Shown: positions 1 through 13,001, counted from the first letter of the whole stretch. The stretch is DNA of 63,831 bases, filler included, from a bacterium (GCA_024278215.1; 5 parts of 5 records of this genome joined end to end with filler, not necessarily neighbours in it); one strand, 5' to 3'. Notes: generated by a model not told the origin, from the letters alone. Numbers and translations: made by a program.

Positions 1-166
1 AAATTATGTTCGTAGCGAGGTCGAGCGAAATTGTTCAGAGCAAGGCGGAGGTGTAAAATCCTCGCAGGCGTACTTGTAGAGTACGTCGAGGACGATTTCG
101 CGCCGACAACGCAGCTATGGACAATAGCAGCCGACCGCAGTTGAATCATAATTTTGCGAATGGCTC
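1..166 (+). mobile_element. MITE copy A (left end cut by window/contig start)
   Basis: Near-identical to 7080-7258; ends in right inverted repeat CATAATTTTGCGAATGGCTC. Confidence 0.85.
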
Positions 167-173
167 AACAGCG

Positions 174-1184
174 TTACATTTCAATATTTTTCAGGATGCG
201 CGCGAATATTTCGTCCTGATTTGCAGCAAACGAGGAAAATTCCGCCGCCCCGAGCCAGTTGAGGCCCGCGCCGCGTTCGCTGCTTTTCTGCTGGAATTCG
301 GCGTTATTGAAACCTTTCGAGAACATGTCGATGAGTTTCTGCTGAATTTCTTCCGGAGTGCCGATCGGCACACCGAGCCCGCCCCATGCTCCGACGTTTA
401 TATCGTAACCCAGCTCCTTCGCAGTGGGTACATCGGGGAACTCGCCGACCCGTTTGTCGCCGAAGACAGCGAGCAGCCTGAGCTGGCCGGCCTTGACGAA
501 AGTGAATACTTCCGATGGACTCGATACAACAGCGTCCAAATGGCCGCCCAGGAGATCCTGAACAGAGGGTGCCGCGCCGTCATAAGGCACATAGCTGTAG
601 TCCACACCAAGAGAATCGGCCATAACAGCCGCTGCAAGGTGCCATATTGAATATTGTCCCGATGTCCCGATGTTTACCTCGCCGTTGTGGCTTTTCGAGT
701 GATTCACGAAATCCTCGAACGATTTCCACGGCGAGTCCGCCTTGACTGAAAGCGACGCCGGCCCGTAGTTCAGCCTGGCAAGAAGGTCGAAATCCTTGTA
801 AGATACGGTTTCATCAATATCCGTCCTGTGCTTGAGAATTGTGCTCTCAACAGTAACATAAGTCACCGTATAGCCGTCGGGGGCCGCATGTGCGCCGAAG
901 CGCATCCCGGTTGCGCCCGCGTTGCCGGGTCTGTTTTCCACAACGACGTTCGCGCCGGTTTCCTCTTCCGTGTAGCGTGCCAGTGTCCGTGTGATGAAAT
1001 CCGACAGGCCACCCTGCTTCGGCGGACATATCAGGTGGATGTCTTTCTTCGGGAACTCCTTTACCATCTTCGCAAGTTCTTCTTTCGTCATTTCCCCTTG
1101 CTTGCCGCTGTCCACACAACCACCAACGGCAACAGCCGCAACAATCGCAATAATCAGAGCCGGTATCATCAGGTGCGTTTTCAT
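174..1184 (-). CDS. Tripartite tricarboxylate transporter substrate-binding lipoprotein (TctC/Bug family)
   Basis: Motifs PPKQGGLSD, VVENRPG, PDGYT, PYDGAAP, PDVPT; signal peptide with VGGC lipobox; GGAGG RBS before ATG 1184. Confidence 0.9.
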   Translation of the reverse strand: MKTHLMIPALIIAIVAAVAVGGCVDSGKQGEMTKEELAKMVKEFPKKDIHLICPPKQGGLSDFITRTLARYTEEETGANVVVENRPGNAGATGMRFGAHAAPDGYTVTYVTVESTILKHRTDIDETVSYKDFDLLARLNYGPASLSVKADSPWKSFEDFVNHSKSHNGEVNIGTSGQYSIWHLAAAVMADSLGVDYSYVPYDGAAPSVQDLLGGHLDAVVSSPSEVFTFVKAGQLRLLAVFGDKRVGEFPDVPTAKELGYDINVGAWGGLGVPIGTPEEIQQKLIDMFSKGFNNAEFQQKSSERGAGLNWLGAAEFSSFAANQDEIFARILKNIEM

Positions 1185-1216
1185 ATAAAATCTCCTCCAG
1201 TGATATAGTATCATTC

Positions 1217-1261
1217 TAACCCGCATATTTCACCAATGCGAGCCAAAAATCGGGAGAATGC
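1217..1261 (+). repeat. Short palindromic repeat (TAACCCGCATATTTCACCAATGCG...) with 3' extension
   Basis: Matches 31753-31796 over ~44 nt, and the copies at 41271 and 54054. Confidence 0.8.
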
Positions 1262-1382
1262 GCAATAACCATTTTCGCGAGAAATATGATCAGGCCGAGG
1301 TACGGTGCCCCCGCCACACACATCTTGCGCGATTGCAGGTTTTACATACATACTAGTTATTATATATTATACTCTAGTGATG

Positions 1383-1412
1383 TTGACATACTACCAAGCA
1401 AAAATATATAAT
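1383..1412 (+). promoter_or_regulatory. Sigma70-type promoter upstream of HTH-gyrB-gyrA
   Basis: TTGACA (1383-1388), 18-nt spacer, TATAAT (1407-1412). Confidence 0.65.
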
Positions 1413-1458
1413 CTTGTGTGTGGACAAACAGTGAAAAAACGAAATATGAAAAACAAAC

Positions 1459-1637
1459 GAGCCAGTTGCAAAATCATGTTCGAAGCGAGGTCGAGCGAAA
1501 TTGGTCGGAAGCAAGGCGGAGGTGCAAAATCCCCGCAGGCGTACTTGTAAAGTACGTCGAGGATGATTTTGTGCCGACAACGCAGCTGTTGCCAATTGCA
1601 GCCGACCGTAGCCGAATCAGAATTTTGCAATTGGCTC
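1459..1637 (+). mobile_element. MITE copy B (179 bp, complete)
   Basis: TIRs GAGCCAGTTGCAAAAT...ATTTTGCAATTGGCTC; flanked by AAAC on both sides. Confidence 0.9.
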
Positions 1638-1727
1638 AAACAGATTACATACACTTAAGTATACTTGTTTATATGCCAACAAATTACCCATAAATACAAA
1701 GAAAGGAAAGCGGGTATATCAATTTTC

Positions 1728-1937
1728 ATGGAAGGTTTCACGGATAAATCGTTCACAACGCAGCAGGCCGCCAACATGTTGAGAGTCCACAAGAATACGC
1801 TTCTGAACTGGATACGCCTTGGCAAGATCAGTGATGTCGAGCGAAACAAGAACAACTACAGAATATGGACGTTAAAGGATATTCAGGCGGCGAAAAAAAT
1901 CAGAAGAAAAGAAAAACAGCTCGAGCTGGAACTGTAG
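1728..1937 (+). CDS. Small MerR/Xis-like helix-turn-helix DNA-binding protein
   Basis: FTTQQAANMLRVHKNTLLNW...RNKNNYRIWT, a MerR-type wHTH pattern. Confidence 0.8.
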   Translation: MEGFTDKSFTTQQAANMLRVHKNTLLNWIRLGKISDVERNKNNYRIWTLKDIQAAKKIRRKEKQLELEL

Positions 1938-1965
1938 TAGCGAAACAGCAGCCGGGGTCGAATGA

Positions 1966-3981
<2,016 letters not shown>

Positions 3982-4087
3982 GGAAGTAATATCACAGGCT
4001 TGAAACGGGTTGGAATCCAGATTTATCCGGAATAATGTAAAAAGTCGCAAAAACCGCCGATTGTAACACGAACTGGAGATACGAAAA

Positions 4088-6775
4088 ATGAGTAATACGG
4101 AAAACACAGGCACGACACAGACTTTTGATGTTCGAATAGAAAAACAGATGAAGGAGTCATACATAGATTACGCGATGAGCGTGATCGTAGGGCGCGCGCT
4201 TCCCGATGTTCGGGACGGGTTAAAACCGGTTCACAGGCGGATTCTCTATACTATGGGCGACCTGGGACTCACTCCGGAGAAGGCACACAGGAAATGTGCC
4301 AAGATCGTCGGAGATGTCATGGGGCGTTTCCATCCCCACGGCGACACGGCCATATACGATACGCTGGTGCGTCTCGCGCAGGATTTCAACATGCGCTATC
4401 CACTTGTCGACGGACACGGCAACTTCGGTTCCATCGACGGCGACAACGCGGCGGCCATGCGGTATACGGAAGCGCGAATGGCCAAGCCCGCCATAGACCT
4501 TCTGGCCGACATAAAAATGGACACTGTCGATTTCGCGGATAATTATGATTCCACTGAAAAAGAACCGACGGTGCTGCCGAATAAACTGCCGAACCTGCTG
4601 CTCAACGGCTCTTCGGGCATTGCCGTGGGGATGGCCACCAGCATTCCACCTCACAATATGAACGAAGTAATCGACGCGACAGTGAAGTTTATCGACAATC
4701 CGGAGACGACGGAAGTTGCCGATCTGATGGCGGACATCAAGGGTCCGGATTTCCCGACCGGCGGCGAGATTCTCGGAAAGCAGGGCCTGCGAGACGCCTA
4801 TGAAACCGGCAGAGGGAAAGTTACGGTGCGGGGCAGGGTCGTGGTCGAAACACAGAAAAACGGTCGCGAGCGGCTCATTGTGACCGAAATGCCCTATATG
4901 GTCAACAAGTCCAATATGATCGAAAGCATGGCGGACCTTGTGCGCAACAAGAAGATCGAGGGCATCACCGACATCCGCGATGAATCGTCACGAGAGGGCA
5001 TCCGGGTGGTCATCGAACTGAAAAGAGACGCAAACCCATACGTTGTCCAGAACCTGCTCTACAAACACACTCAATTACAGAATACTTTCAGCATAATCAT
5101 GCTTGCGCTCGACAATAACAAACCCGTTGTTCACACGTTAAAAGAAATGTTGTGGAAATTCATCGAACACCGCCGCGTGGTGGTGCGTCGACGCACGGAA
5201 TTCGAACTGAAAAAGGCGAAAGCACGCGCCCACATACTCGAAGGACTCCACATAGCTCTGGAAAATATCGACGAAGTTATCGCAATCATAAAGAAAAGCA
5301 ACGACGGCCCCACTGCACGTGCGGCACTCATAGCACGCTTTGAACTATCCGAAATCCAGGCGCAGGCCATACTTGACATGAGACTACAGAAACTTACCGG
5401 ACTGGAACAGCAGTCGCTGCTAGACGAACTTGAAAAACTGCTCGAGCAGATCGCCGAGTTCGAAGACATACTGGCGAATCCGCACCGCATCGACACGATA
5501 ATAAAGGAAGAACTCGTCGAGATGAAAGCGAAATACGGCGACGAGCGACGCACGGAGATCGCCGCGGGCTCGGCCGACTTCGACATCGAAGACCTCATCC
5601 AGCGCGAAGAAGTCGTCATCACCGTCACGCGCGCGGGCTACATCAAACGCCTGCCGGTAGACACCTACCGCAGCCAGGGGCGCGGCGGACGCGGCATCAT
5701 CGGCTCGACACAGAAAGCCGACGACATCATACGGCACCTCTTTGTCACTTCCAGCCACGATTACATACTCTTCTTCTCGAATCGCGGCCAGGTATACCGC
5801 ATGAAGGGCTACCAGATACCGCAGGCGAGCCGCACCGCCAAGGGCATCCCCATCGTCAACCTGCTACAGCTCAACGAGGGCGAATGGATCACCGCGACAA
5901 TCCCCATCACTGAATTTGCCGAAGACCATTACCTGCTTATGGTTACGAAATTCGGCATAGTGAAAAAAACAGTGCTCAGAGCGTTCGACACATCGCGCAA
6001 AGGCGGCATCCGCGCTCTGACACTCAGACAGGACGATCAGCTTCGCTATGTGCTCATGACAGATGGTGCGCAGGACATCATCCTCGCCACAAAAACAGGA
6101 CTTAGCATCAGGTTCCACGAATCCGATGTGCGCTTCATGGGACGCGCCGCCGCCGGTGTGCGCGGCATAAGGCTCGGCCCGGACAACGAAGTCGTCGGCG
6201 CGGGCATTGTCAACGACGACGCCTCGCTGCTTGTCGTCTGCGAAAAAGGATACGGCAAACGCACTTTGCTCAGCCAGTACCGCACGCAGAAACGCGGCGG
6301 CAAAGGCATCCTCACGATCAAAGCCTCGGAGCGCAACGGCAACGTCATCGGCATCGCCGTCGCGGACATCGACGAAGAACTCATGATGATCTCGGCAAAA
6401 GGCATCGTCATCAGGCAGAAGGTAGCGGACATCTCGGAAACGGTAGGCCGCAGTACAATGGGCGTACGACTGATGCGGCTCGGCAAAGGTGACAGCGTCG
6501 TCACATTCGAAGTATTCAAAAAAGAAGAGGTGGAGGAGAACGGCTACGGAGAAAACGGAGAAAATTCCGAAAACAATAATAATGATAATAACAATGAAGG
6601 TGAAAACGGCAACGCGGAAAACTCTGTCGAAAAAAACGAAGGCAACGAAGAAGCCGACACCTCTGGAGAAAGCTCCGAAGAAAACGCCGCAAACACAACA
6701 ACTGAAGCAGAAAACACGGCAGGAGCGGAAACTACCGTAGAACCCGACGCCGCGCCCGATACGGAAACCACATAG
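4088..6775 (+). CDS. gyrA: DNA gyrase subunit A with long acidic C-terminal tail
   Basis: [28 protein letters not shown], GyrA-box QGRGGRG, beta-pinwheel repeats. Confidence 0.98.
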   Translation: MSNTENTGTTQTFDVRIEKQMKESYIDYAMSVIVGRALPDVRDGLKPVHRRILYTMGDLGLTPEKAHRKCAKIVGDVMGRFHPHGDTAIYDTLVRLAQDFNMRYPLVDGHGNFGSIDGDNAAAMRYTEARMAKPAIDLLADIKMDTVDFADNYDSTEKEPTVLPNKLPNLLLNGSSGIAVGMATSIPPHNMNEVIDATVKFIDNPETTEVADLMADIKGPDFPTGGEILGKQGLRDAYETGRGKVTVRGRVVVETQKNGRERLIVTEMPYMVNKSNMIESMADLVRNKKIEGITDIRDESSREGIRVVIELKRDANPYVVQNLLYKHTQLQNTFSIIMLALDNNKPVVHTLKEMLWKFIEHRRVVVRRRTEFELKKAKARAHILEGLHIALENIDEVIAIIKKSNDGPTARAALIARFELSEIQAQAILDMRLQKLTGLEQQSLLDELEKLLEQIAEFEDILANPHRIDTIIKEELVEMKAKYGDERRTEIAAGSADFDIEDLIQREEVVITVTRAGYIKRLPVDTYRSQGRGGRGIIGSTQKADDIIRHLFVTSSHDYILFFSNRGQVYRMKGYQIPQASRTAKGIPIVNLLQLNEGEWITATIPITEFAEDHYLLMVTKFGIVKKTVLRAFDTSRKGGIRALTLRQDDQLRYVLMTDGAQDIILATKTGLSIRFHESDVRFMGRAAAGVRGIRLGPDNEVVGAGIVNDDASLLVVCEKGYGKRTLLSQYRTQKRGGKGILTIKASERNGNVIGIAVADIDEELMMISAKGIVIRQKVADISETVGRSTMGVRLMRLGKGDSVVTFEVFKKEEVEENGYGENGENSENNNNDNNNEGENGNAENSVEKNEGNEEADTSGESSEENAANTTTEAENTAGAETTVEPDAAPDTETT

Positions 6776-6814
6776 CAGCCCCCTTGCGGTGCCTTAAGCG
6801 ATGTTGAAGCACTG

Positions 6815-6974
6815 GAGCCAATTGCATAATTAAGTTCGAAGCGAGGTCGAACGAAATTATTCAGAAGCAAGGCGGAGGTGCAAAATCACCGCAGGCGTAC
6901 TTGCAGAGTACGTTGAGGAAGATTTTGTGCCGACAACGCAGCTGTTGACAATTGCAGCCGACTGTAGCCGAATC
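6815..6974 (+). mobile_element. MITE copy C (cut by contig end)
   Basis: Starts GAGCCAATTGCATAAT; body matches the other copies. Confidence 0.85.
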
Positions 6975-7074
6975 NNNNNNNNNNNNNNNNNNNNNNNNNN
7001 NNNNNNNNNNNNNNNNNNTTAATTAATTAANNNNNNNNNNNNNNNNNNNNNNNNNNNNNNNNNNNNNNNNNNNN
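6975..7074. other. Artificial contig spacer
   Basis: N-run with a central TTAATTAATTAA six-frame-stop linker, 100 nt. Confidence 0.97.
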
Positions 7075-7079
7075 CAGTA

Positions 7080-7258
7080 GAGCCAATTGCAAAATTATGT
7101 TCGTAGCGAGGTCGAGCGAAATTGTTCCGAAGCAAGGCGGAGATGCGAAATCCCCGCAGGCGTACTTGTAGAGTACGTCGAGGACGATTTTACACCGACA
7201 ACGCAGCTATGGACAATAGCAGCCGACCGCAGCAGAATCATAATTTTGCAATTGGCTC
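7080..7258 (+). mobile_element. MITE copy D (179 bp)
   Basis: Perfect 20-bp TIR GAGCCAATTGCAAAATTATG...CATAATTTTGCAATTGGCTC. Confidence 0.9.
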
Positions 7259-7475
7259 CACGGTCTGTTTTTAAAGAATTATTTTATTGGGGGTATGCAC
7301 TTGATTCCGGTTGTCATGATATATCGCCTGCACTCTTTTTCTCATTATCCCTGATACGCATAATTTTTCCGTCGTTCCCAGGCGCTCCGGCTTCGTAACG
7401 TATAACAGCTATTGCCCTGGCAGACAAACTGTTGTGCACAGATACATCTGTGCCGATAGCAAAAGCGAAAAGGTT

Positions 7476-8264
7476 TCAGTCCTTTTCGCTGTTTGCCGCA
7501 TACTCCGAGCCCAGGTATATCCTTATCACTTCCGGATCGTTCTGCACTTCGCGGGGCTTGCCCTGTGCAATCTTCTTGCCTGTGTCGATGACGATCACTT
7601 CGTCGGAAATCTCCATCACAAGCGACATGTCGTGTTCGACGAGCAGTACAGTAACACCGGATTCCCTGATGCGTGTGATCAGGTGCGCCATATCGTCGGT
7701 TTCCCTGGAGTTGAGGCCTGCGGCCGGTTCGTCCAGCAGGAGCAGTTCGGGGTCGAGAGCCAGGGCGCGCGCGACTTCGAGCGCTTTCTGGTTGCCGAAC
7801 GGCAAGCTTTTCGACGGCAAGTCCGCAATATTTTCGAGGCCCGTGAATTCGAGCCACCTCATCGCCGCGTCACGAATCTCTTTTTCCTCTCTTACGGCGC
7901 GGGGCAGCCTGAGCGCGGCGGCGGCGAAGCCGGTTTTAGTACGGCAGTGGCGGGCAAGCATCACGTTCTGGAGCGCCGTCATGTTGCCGAATACTTTTAC
8001 GTTCTGGAATGTGCGCGCGATGCCGAGCGCGGCGATACGGAAGGATTTCAGACATGATATGTCCTGATTGTGGAATATGATTTTCCCGGATGTCGGCGGG
8101 AAAGTGCCGGCGAGCATGTTGAAGATTGTTGTTTTCCCCGCGCCGTTAGGACCGATTATTGATTTTATCTGGTTGCCGGACACCTCGAAGTCGACGCCCT
8201 GCACGGCATCGAGCCCGCCGAAGGACTTGCGGAGATTTTCCACTGCCAGTATCGCTTCACTCAT
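7476..8264 (-). CDS. livG: Branched-chain amino acid ABC transporter ATP-binding protein (LivG-like)
   Basis: GPNGAGKTT, RTFQN, LLLLDEPAAGLN, LVEHDM, DPEVIRIYLG. Confidence 0.9.
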   Translation of the reverse strand: MSEAILAVENLRKSFGGLDAVQGVDFEVSGNQIKSIIGPNGAGKTTIFNMLAGTFPPTSGKIIFHNQDISCLKSFRIAALGIARTFQNVKVFGNMTALQNVMLARHCRTKTGFAAAALRLPRAVREEKEIRDAAMRWLEFTGLENIADLPSKSLPFGNQKALEVARALALDPELLLLDEPAAGLNSRETDDMAHLITRIRESGVTVLLVEHDMSLVMEISDEVIVIDTGKKIAQGKPREVQNDPEVIRIYLGSEYAANSEKD

Positions 8265-8361
8265 ATTTGTTTTTTCTCTGTGTCCTCTTTGTTATATCAC
8301 ATTATTATGCGGTCGGGGCCGGCTTCATCCCGAACAAACCGCTTCGCGTACTCCTTTTAGC

Positions 8362-9363
8362 TTACCGGCAACTATTGTCTTCGCTATTGCCGCGGACCGC
8401 GCCGAGCTTTTTTGAAATGCTCTTCACGAGGTCCGCTGTCCCGGCAAAAATTCCGTCGGGCATGAATATCATTATCACTACAATTATCGCTCCGTACATG
8501 AGGATGTCCATCTCGCGGAACGCCCGCAGGAATTCCGGCAGGAGCGTGAGGAAAATTGTGGCGACGACAGTTCCCCACAGATTTGCCATTCCGCCGACGG
8601 CGACCATGGCGACGAGCATTACGGACAACATGAGGTCCGCCGAGTCCACCCCGATAAACTTTTCTTTGTGTGCGTAGAGAAAACCGGCGACGGCGGCCAT
8701 GGCGGCGCTGAGGACGAAAATCTTGAGTTTGAAAGCTGCGACGTTCACACCCATGGCACTGGCGGCGTCCTCGTTGCCGTGGATCGACATGAGCGCTCTG
8801 CCGGGCCGTGAGTTCATCAGGTTGAAAGCCAGCAGCAGGCATACGATGACTGTGCCCCATATAAGATAATAGTAGTAAAAACCATTGTGGGCGGTGAGAT
8901 CGACGCCGAATATTACGAGCGGCGGCACCTTCGGGATGCCTGACGATCCGCCGGTGAGTTCAATGTTGGACTGAACCATATTATAGACTATTTCGCCGAT
9001 GCCGAGCGTAGCCATAGCCAGGTAGTGGCCCCTTAGCCGCAGCGTGGGGATGCCGATGAGGTAGGCGACGAGCACGGTGAGCGAGACAGCGGCAATGAAC
9101 GTAGCCCACAGCGGCCAGCCGAAACGTGTCGAGAGTATGGCGGTTGTGTAGCCGCCGAGCGCGAAGAACGCGGCGTGCCCGAGCGATATCTGGCCCGTGT
9201 AGCCGATGAGCAGGCAGAGCCCGATAGTAACGATACAGAGTATGCCCGCCTTTGAAAACACCAGCATATAATATGCGTGGCCCTGGATATAGGGACCCAG
9301 CTGCATGGCCGCTATCACGACGGCTATCATAACGGCGAATGGAAGCCTGCTGAATTTCCCCAT
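8362..9363 (-). CDS. livM: Branched-chain amino acid ABC transporter permease (LivM-like)
   Basis: GYTGQISLGHAAFFALGGY, LRLRGHYLAMATL. Confidence 0.9.
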   Translation of the reverse strand: MGKFSRLPFAVMIAVVIAAMQLGPYIQGHAYYMLVFSKAGILCIVTIGLCLLIGYTGQISLGHAAFFALGGYTTAILSTRFGWPLWATFIAAVSLTVLVAYLIGIPTLRLRGHYLAMATLGIGEIVYNMVQSNIELTGGSSGIPKVPPLVIFGVDLTAHNGFYYYYLIWGTVIVCLLLAFNLMNSRPGRALMSIHGNEDAASAMGVNVAAFKLKIFVLSAAMAAVAGFLYAHKEKFIGVDSADLMLSVMLVAMVAVGGMANLWGTVVATIFLTLLPEFLRAFREMDILMYGAIIVVIMIFMPDGIFAGTADLVKSISKKLGAVRGNSEDNSCR

Positions 9364-9366
9364 CGG

Positions 9367-10260
9367 TCAGAATTCTTTCAATTTACTTACTTCGGATTTC
9401 CCCAGTATGCCGCTGGGCCGGACAAACAACACGAGCAGCAGGAGAGCAAGCGTTATCGCTTCCTTGTATGTAGACGAGATGTAGGCGGCGCTGAATGTCT
9501 CGAACAGCCCGAGCAGCAGACCGGCGACGACGGAACCCATTCCGTTGCCCAGACCGCCTATAATCGCCACGATGAAGCCCTTTAGTCCGAGAATCGCGCC
9601 GCGCCCGTATTCCATGCTCGCTATCGGCGTGTAGACGATGCCCGCTATCGCTCCCAGCGCCGCGCTCAAAACAAACGACAGCAATACTGTCCCGTTGACG
9701 TTTATCCCCATAAGTTGCGCCGTCTCGCGATCTTCCGAGCAGGCTCGCATCGCTTTGCCGATCATCGTGCGCTCAAAAAATAGAAATAAAAGCAATACGA
9801 CAACTGCGCAGATACCCAGTATCCATAGAGTATGCACCTGCACGATTGCTCCGGATATTTTCAGCGGTGTCGACGTTGTGAATGGTTTCATATATACCGG
9901 GTACTTGCCCCACACGAACATCGCAATTCCACGCAGGAGTATGCCACCGCCGATTGTTATGATAATCAGAGTTATTACCGATGGTTTCTTCAGAGGATTT
10001 ATCATTGTACGCTCGAAAACACCGCCGATGAACGCCACCGCTATAACGGTCATGAAGAACGCCACCGGCACGGGTATGTTCCATGTCACACTGAAGGTGA
10101 CCATAGTGAAACCGCCGAGCACAACGAATTCGCCCTGCGCGAAATTTATGATTCCCGTCGCATTATAAATAATATTGAATCCGAGCGCGATCAGGATGTA
10201 TACACTCCCGTTCGCCACGCCGGAAAAGAAGTACTGCAAGAGTGCTTCGTGAAGTTCCAT
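9367..10260 (-). CDS. livH: Branched-chain amino acid ABC transporter permease (LivH-like)
   Basis: GSVYILIALG, INFAQGE, GKAMRAC, RPSGILG. Confidence 0.9.
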   Translation of the reverse strand: MELHEALLQYFFSGVANGSVYILIALGFNIIYNATGIINFAQGEFVVLGGFTMVTFSVTWNIPVPVAFFMTVIAVAFIGGVFERTMINPLKKPSVITLIIITIGGGILLRGIAMFVWGKYPVYMKPFTTSTPLKISGAIVQVHTLWILGICAVVVLLLFLFFERTMIGKAMRACSEDRETAQLMGINVNGTVLLSFVLSAALGAIAGIVYTPIASMEYGRGAILGLKGFIVAIIGGLGNGMGSVVAGLLLGLFETFSAAYISSTYKEAITLALLLLVLFVRPSGILGKSEVSKLKEF

Positions 10261-10431
10261 CTACCCGCCTATCTTCAAATATTACAACTTGCGCTAATAT
10301 TTCATCCATCGTCGATCAGAACAATTAATATATACTCCGGACGGAAAAAATTAAATGAACTGATGAAAAAAGGGCATACATGCCGCTGGCCTGCGAATCA
10401 AAAATATCGCCTGATGTTTGTCGGCGCAGAC

Positions 10432-12570
10432 TCATTTTTTAACGATGATGCAGAAACTGTCGTAGGATGTATGGTCGTCGATCTCGACGGCGGCGAAGTC
10501 GATCATTTTCGCAGGGTCAGCCAGTTTCGAGAGGTCGACGACACGGCCGCCGAACACGATATAAACAGTCGGCGCGAGTGTACCGCCGTCAGAAAATATC
10601 GTGCCTTCGGCGATGGTTTTTCTCAGGGTGTCGATCACGTTTTCGCGGTCTGCGACGTCGGCCCGCGCGTCGGCGAGTGTGAGTCTGGCCAGCCCGTGCG
10701 AATCGATCATCACCAGTGGCCTGCTCACTTTCCGGCCCAGCCCGAGAAACCCTTTTTTCTCTTTCCTGCCTGAAAAAACAAAGCAGGAGCCGTCATCGAA
10801 CACCATATCCGGCTCGCCATCGCCGCCGAGTGTTTCCCTCGCGACTTCCTCGGCCTGCTCCGCATCGATCTTTTCAGTGCTCCTGCGCGAGACGAGCGTC
10901 GACGCGCCCGTCGCCGATGCGCGAACGATATTTTTACGCCTGTCGACACTTATCTCCACTTCGATACCGGCCGGGTCGCACCCTGCGTCCACAAGCAAAC
11001 GTACAGCAAGCGAACGTACACTGTTTATATCTTCCTCCGAAGGATCGACGATGCTCTTTTCGACAACTTCCTTCATCAGCGCCATGCCGACGCCCACCGC
11101 GGAAACAACTTCAGCATCGCCTGCAAGCCTGTAGCCGAGCCCCAGCCGCTTCGCCGCCGCCGGTGCGATAACCGAGGCACCGCCGCCGCCACCGATGACC
11201 AGCAATCGCGCGGTGTCGACCGGATACTCTTTCATAAGCTCCCTGCAAACTTTTTCCACCTTTCGCGCCGCCGCCTGTATCATGCCGCGTGCGAGGTCTT
11301 CGGCAGGCACGCCCGTATCTGCCGAAAGCGCGTCGAACGCGAGCCGGGCCGCGACGCGGTTGCCTCGCGAGTAGTCGCCCTCGTCCAGCACGCCCAGGAA
11401 ATTCGCCGCGCATGTCGTCGTTATCGCCGCAAGTTTACCCGCACGCGTTTCAACAACCGCGTAATCAGCCGGGTCGCCGGGTAGAGGCGATATATGTTTT
11501 ATTTGCGGTTTGTCAAACTCGGCCGCGTCGCAATAGCAACAATACCGAAGCCCGGCGATATGCGCGCTGCGCGGGCCGACAGCCACGACCCGCCCCTTCT
11601 CCACACGCGCCATCGAGCCGCCCGCCACACCTATCGTGCGCACGTCGAGCGTCTCGAGATACAGTACATTGCCGCCGATAACGGCCTGCTTGCGACCGGG
11701 TTTGCTGTCGCGGATGAAACTCACATCCGTGCTCGTGCCGCCCACTTCGACAAACAGTCCGTTGGCTATCTTTTCACATAAAATCGCTGCCGACACACCG
11801 GCAGCGGGGCCGGAGAGTATCGTCTTTATCGGCGTCTTCTCCATATTGTCGGCGGACATCACGCCGCCGTCACTGCGCATGATCATCAGTGCCGGTTTTA
11901 TCCCCATCCGCTCGACGGCCTGCTTCGTTCGACGCGCTACTTCCATCATCTTAGGCAGTATGCTCGCGTTCACTACCGACGTGCGCGCGCGTGCTTTCAG
12001 TCCGTACAGACCGGAAACCTCGTGGCTCGCCGTAGCGGGCACGCCTATTCGCGCTATGATCTCCACCACCTTATTTTCGTTGCCGGGATCATCCACTGCG
12101 AACGGCTCGGCGACAGCGTAAGCCTCGACACGGTCGGAATTATCTTTCACGATGTTCTCCACGACCGCGCCTTCTATCTCACCGGGCGTAATAAAAACCG
12201 GTGTCACGCTGATTGATCTGTCGCCGGAAATTCTCACTTCGTTGAAGTTGAGCTCTCGCCGCGCCTGTACGCCCGCCGCGCCTTCGGCGACTCCTATCAG
12301 CCCGACCGGAGCCACGTCGCCCTCGAGCAGCGCGTTTGTCGCCTGCGTCGTACTGTGCGCGACAAATATCACATCCGACGCTTCGAAACCGCCCTCTCCG
12401 ACAAGTTCACCGATGCACCGCCATATCCCACGCGCGACCCCCTCTTCCGCCGTGTGCGTTGTCGGGCAACACGCTTTTGCGACTATCTTCAGCGTCCTGT
12501 GGTCGATAGCCACCGCGTGGGTGAATGTGCCGCCGACATCTATGCCGATCCTGATCGCCATGTCCGCCAT
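10432..12570 (-). CDS. Hydantoinase/oxoprolinase A family protein
   Basis: IGIDVGGTFT, HSTTQATNALLE, MRSDGG, ILSGPAAG, EVGGTSTD; start overlaps upstream stop (TAATG). Confidence 0.88.
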   Translation of the reverse strand: MADMAIRIGIDVGGTFTHAVAIDHRTLKIVAKACCPTTHTAEEGVARGIWRCIGELVGEGGFEASDVIFVAHSTTQATNALLEGDVAPVGLIGVAEGAAGVQARRELNFNEVRISGDRSISVTPVFITPGEIEGAVVENIVKDNSDRVEAYAVAEPFAVDDPGNENKVVEIIARIGVPATASHEVSGLYGLKARARTSVVNASILPKMMEVARRTKQAVERMGIKPALMIMRSDGGVMSADNMEKTPIKTILSGPAAGVSAAILCEKIANGLFVEVGGTSTDVSFIRDSKPGRKQAVIGGNVLYLETLDVRTIGVAGGSMARVEKGRVVAVGPRSAHIAGLRYCCYCDAAEFDKPQIKHISPLPGDPADYAVVETRAGKLAAITTTCAANFLGVLDEGDYSRGNRVAARLAFDALSADTGVPAEDLARGMIQAAARKVEKVCRELMKEYPVDTARLLVIGGGGGASVIAPAAAKRLGLGYRLAGDAEVVSAVGVGMALMKEVVEKSIVDPSEEDINSVRSLAVRLLVDAGCDPAGIEVEISVDRRKNIVRASATGASTLVSRRSTEKIDAEQAEEVARETLGGDGEPDMVFDDGSCFVFSGRKEKKGFLGLGRKVSRPLVMIDSHGLARLTLADARADVADRENVIDTLRKTIAEGTIFSDGGTLAPTVYIVFGGRVVDLSKLADPAKMIDFAAVEIDDHTSYDSFCIIVKK

Positions 12571-13001
12571 TATTCTGCTCCATCCGGTGTGTCGAGTGTC
12601 GCGATGTACCGCCGCCCGATAACCACCGCGGCCCAGGCGTCCATATCGCCGGGCAGGCCGAAAAGCCCGAACGGAACAAGGCGAGCGGGCCATGGCCTCG
12701 GATTCTCTTTTTCATATAAACGGCGCGCTTCGAGAGTCGTGTTTTTTTCATGCGCTTGTATTATGGGCATTTTATCCCCGAAAAACGATTTCACTGTTTC
12801 CGCTGTTTTTTTGTAGCCGGTTCCGTCACCTATAACGATCCTGTCGATGCGCTCGAACCTTTCAATAATATCTTCGAGGTCGGCGGAAAGCGTTTCCGGC
12901 TTCGACTCCATTATCTCGAGCGCCGCGCCGCGCGAGTCCATGACCGCGAGACCGCACTTCGCGGTCCCCGGATCAACAGAAAGAAAAACGAACCCTGTCA
13001 A
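12570..13001 (-). CDS. YqgF/RuvX-like RNase H-fold nuclease
   Basis: LSVDPGTAKCGLA, IVIGDGT, EKNTTLEAR; AGGAGG RBS; TTG start overlaps comF stop. Confidence 0.8.
   Translation of the reverse strand: MTGFVFLSVDPGTAKCGLAVMDSRGAALEIMESKPETLSADLEDIIERFERIDRIVIGDGTGYKKTAETVKSFFGDKMPIIQAHEKNTTLEARRLYEKENPRPWPARLVPFGLFGLPGDMDAWAAVVIGRRYIATLDTPDGAE

Noticed and set aside
1320-1460. oriC next to gyrB
   Set aside because: Only one imperfect DnaA box; no dnaA or dnaN in the contig
7087-7398. ORFs 1418-1693, 7087-7398 and 44458-44721 as a protein family
   Set aside because: The similarity comes from the MITE sequence; no sign of independent genes
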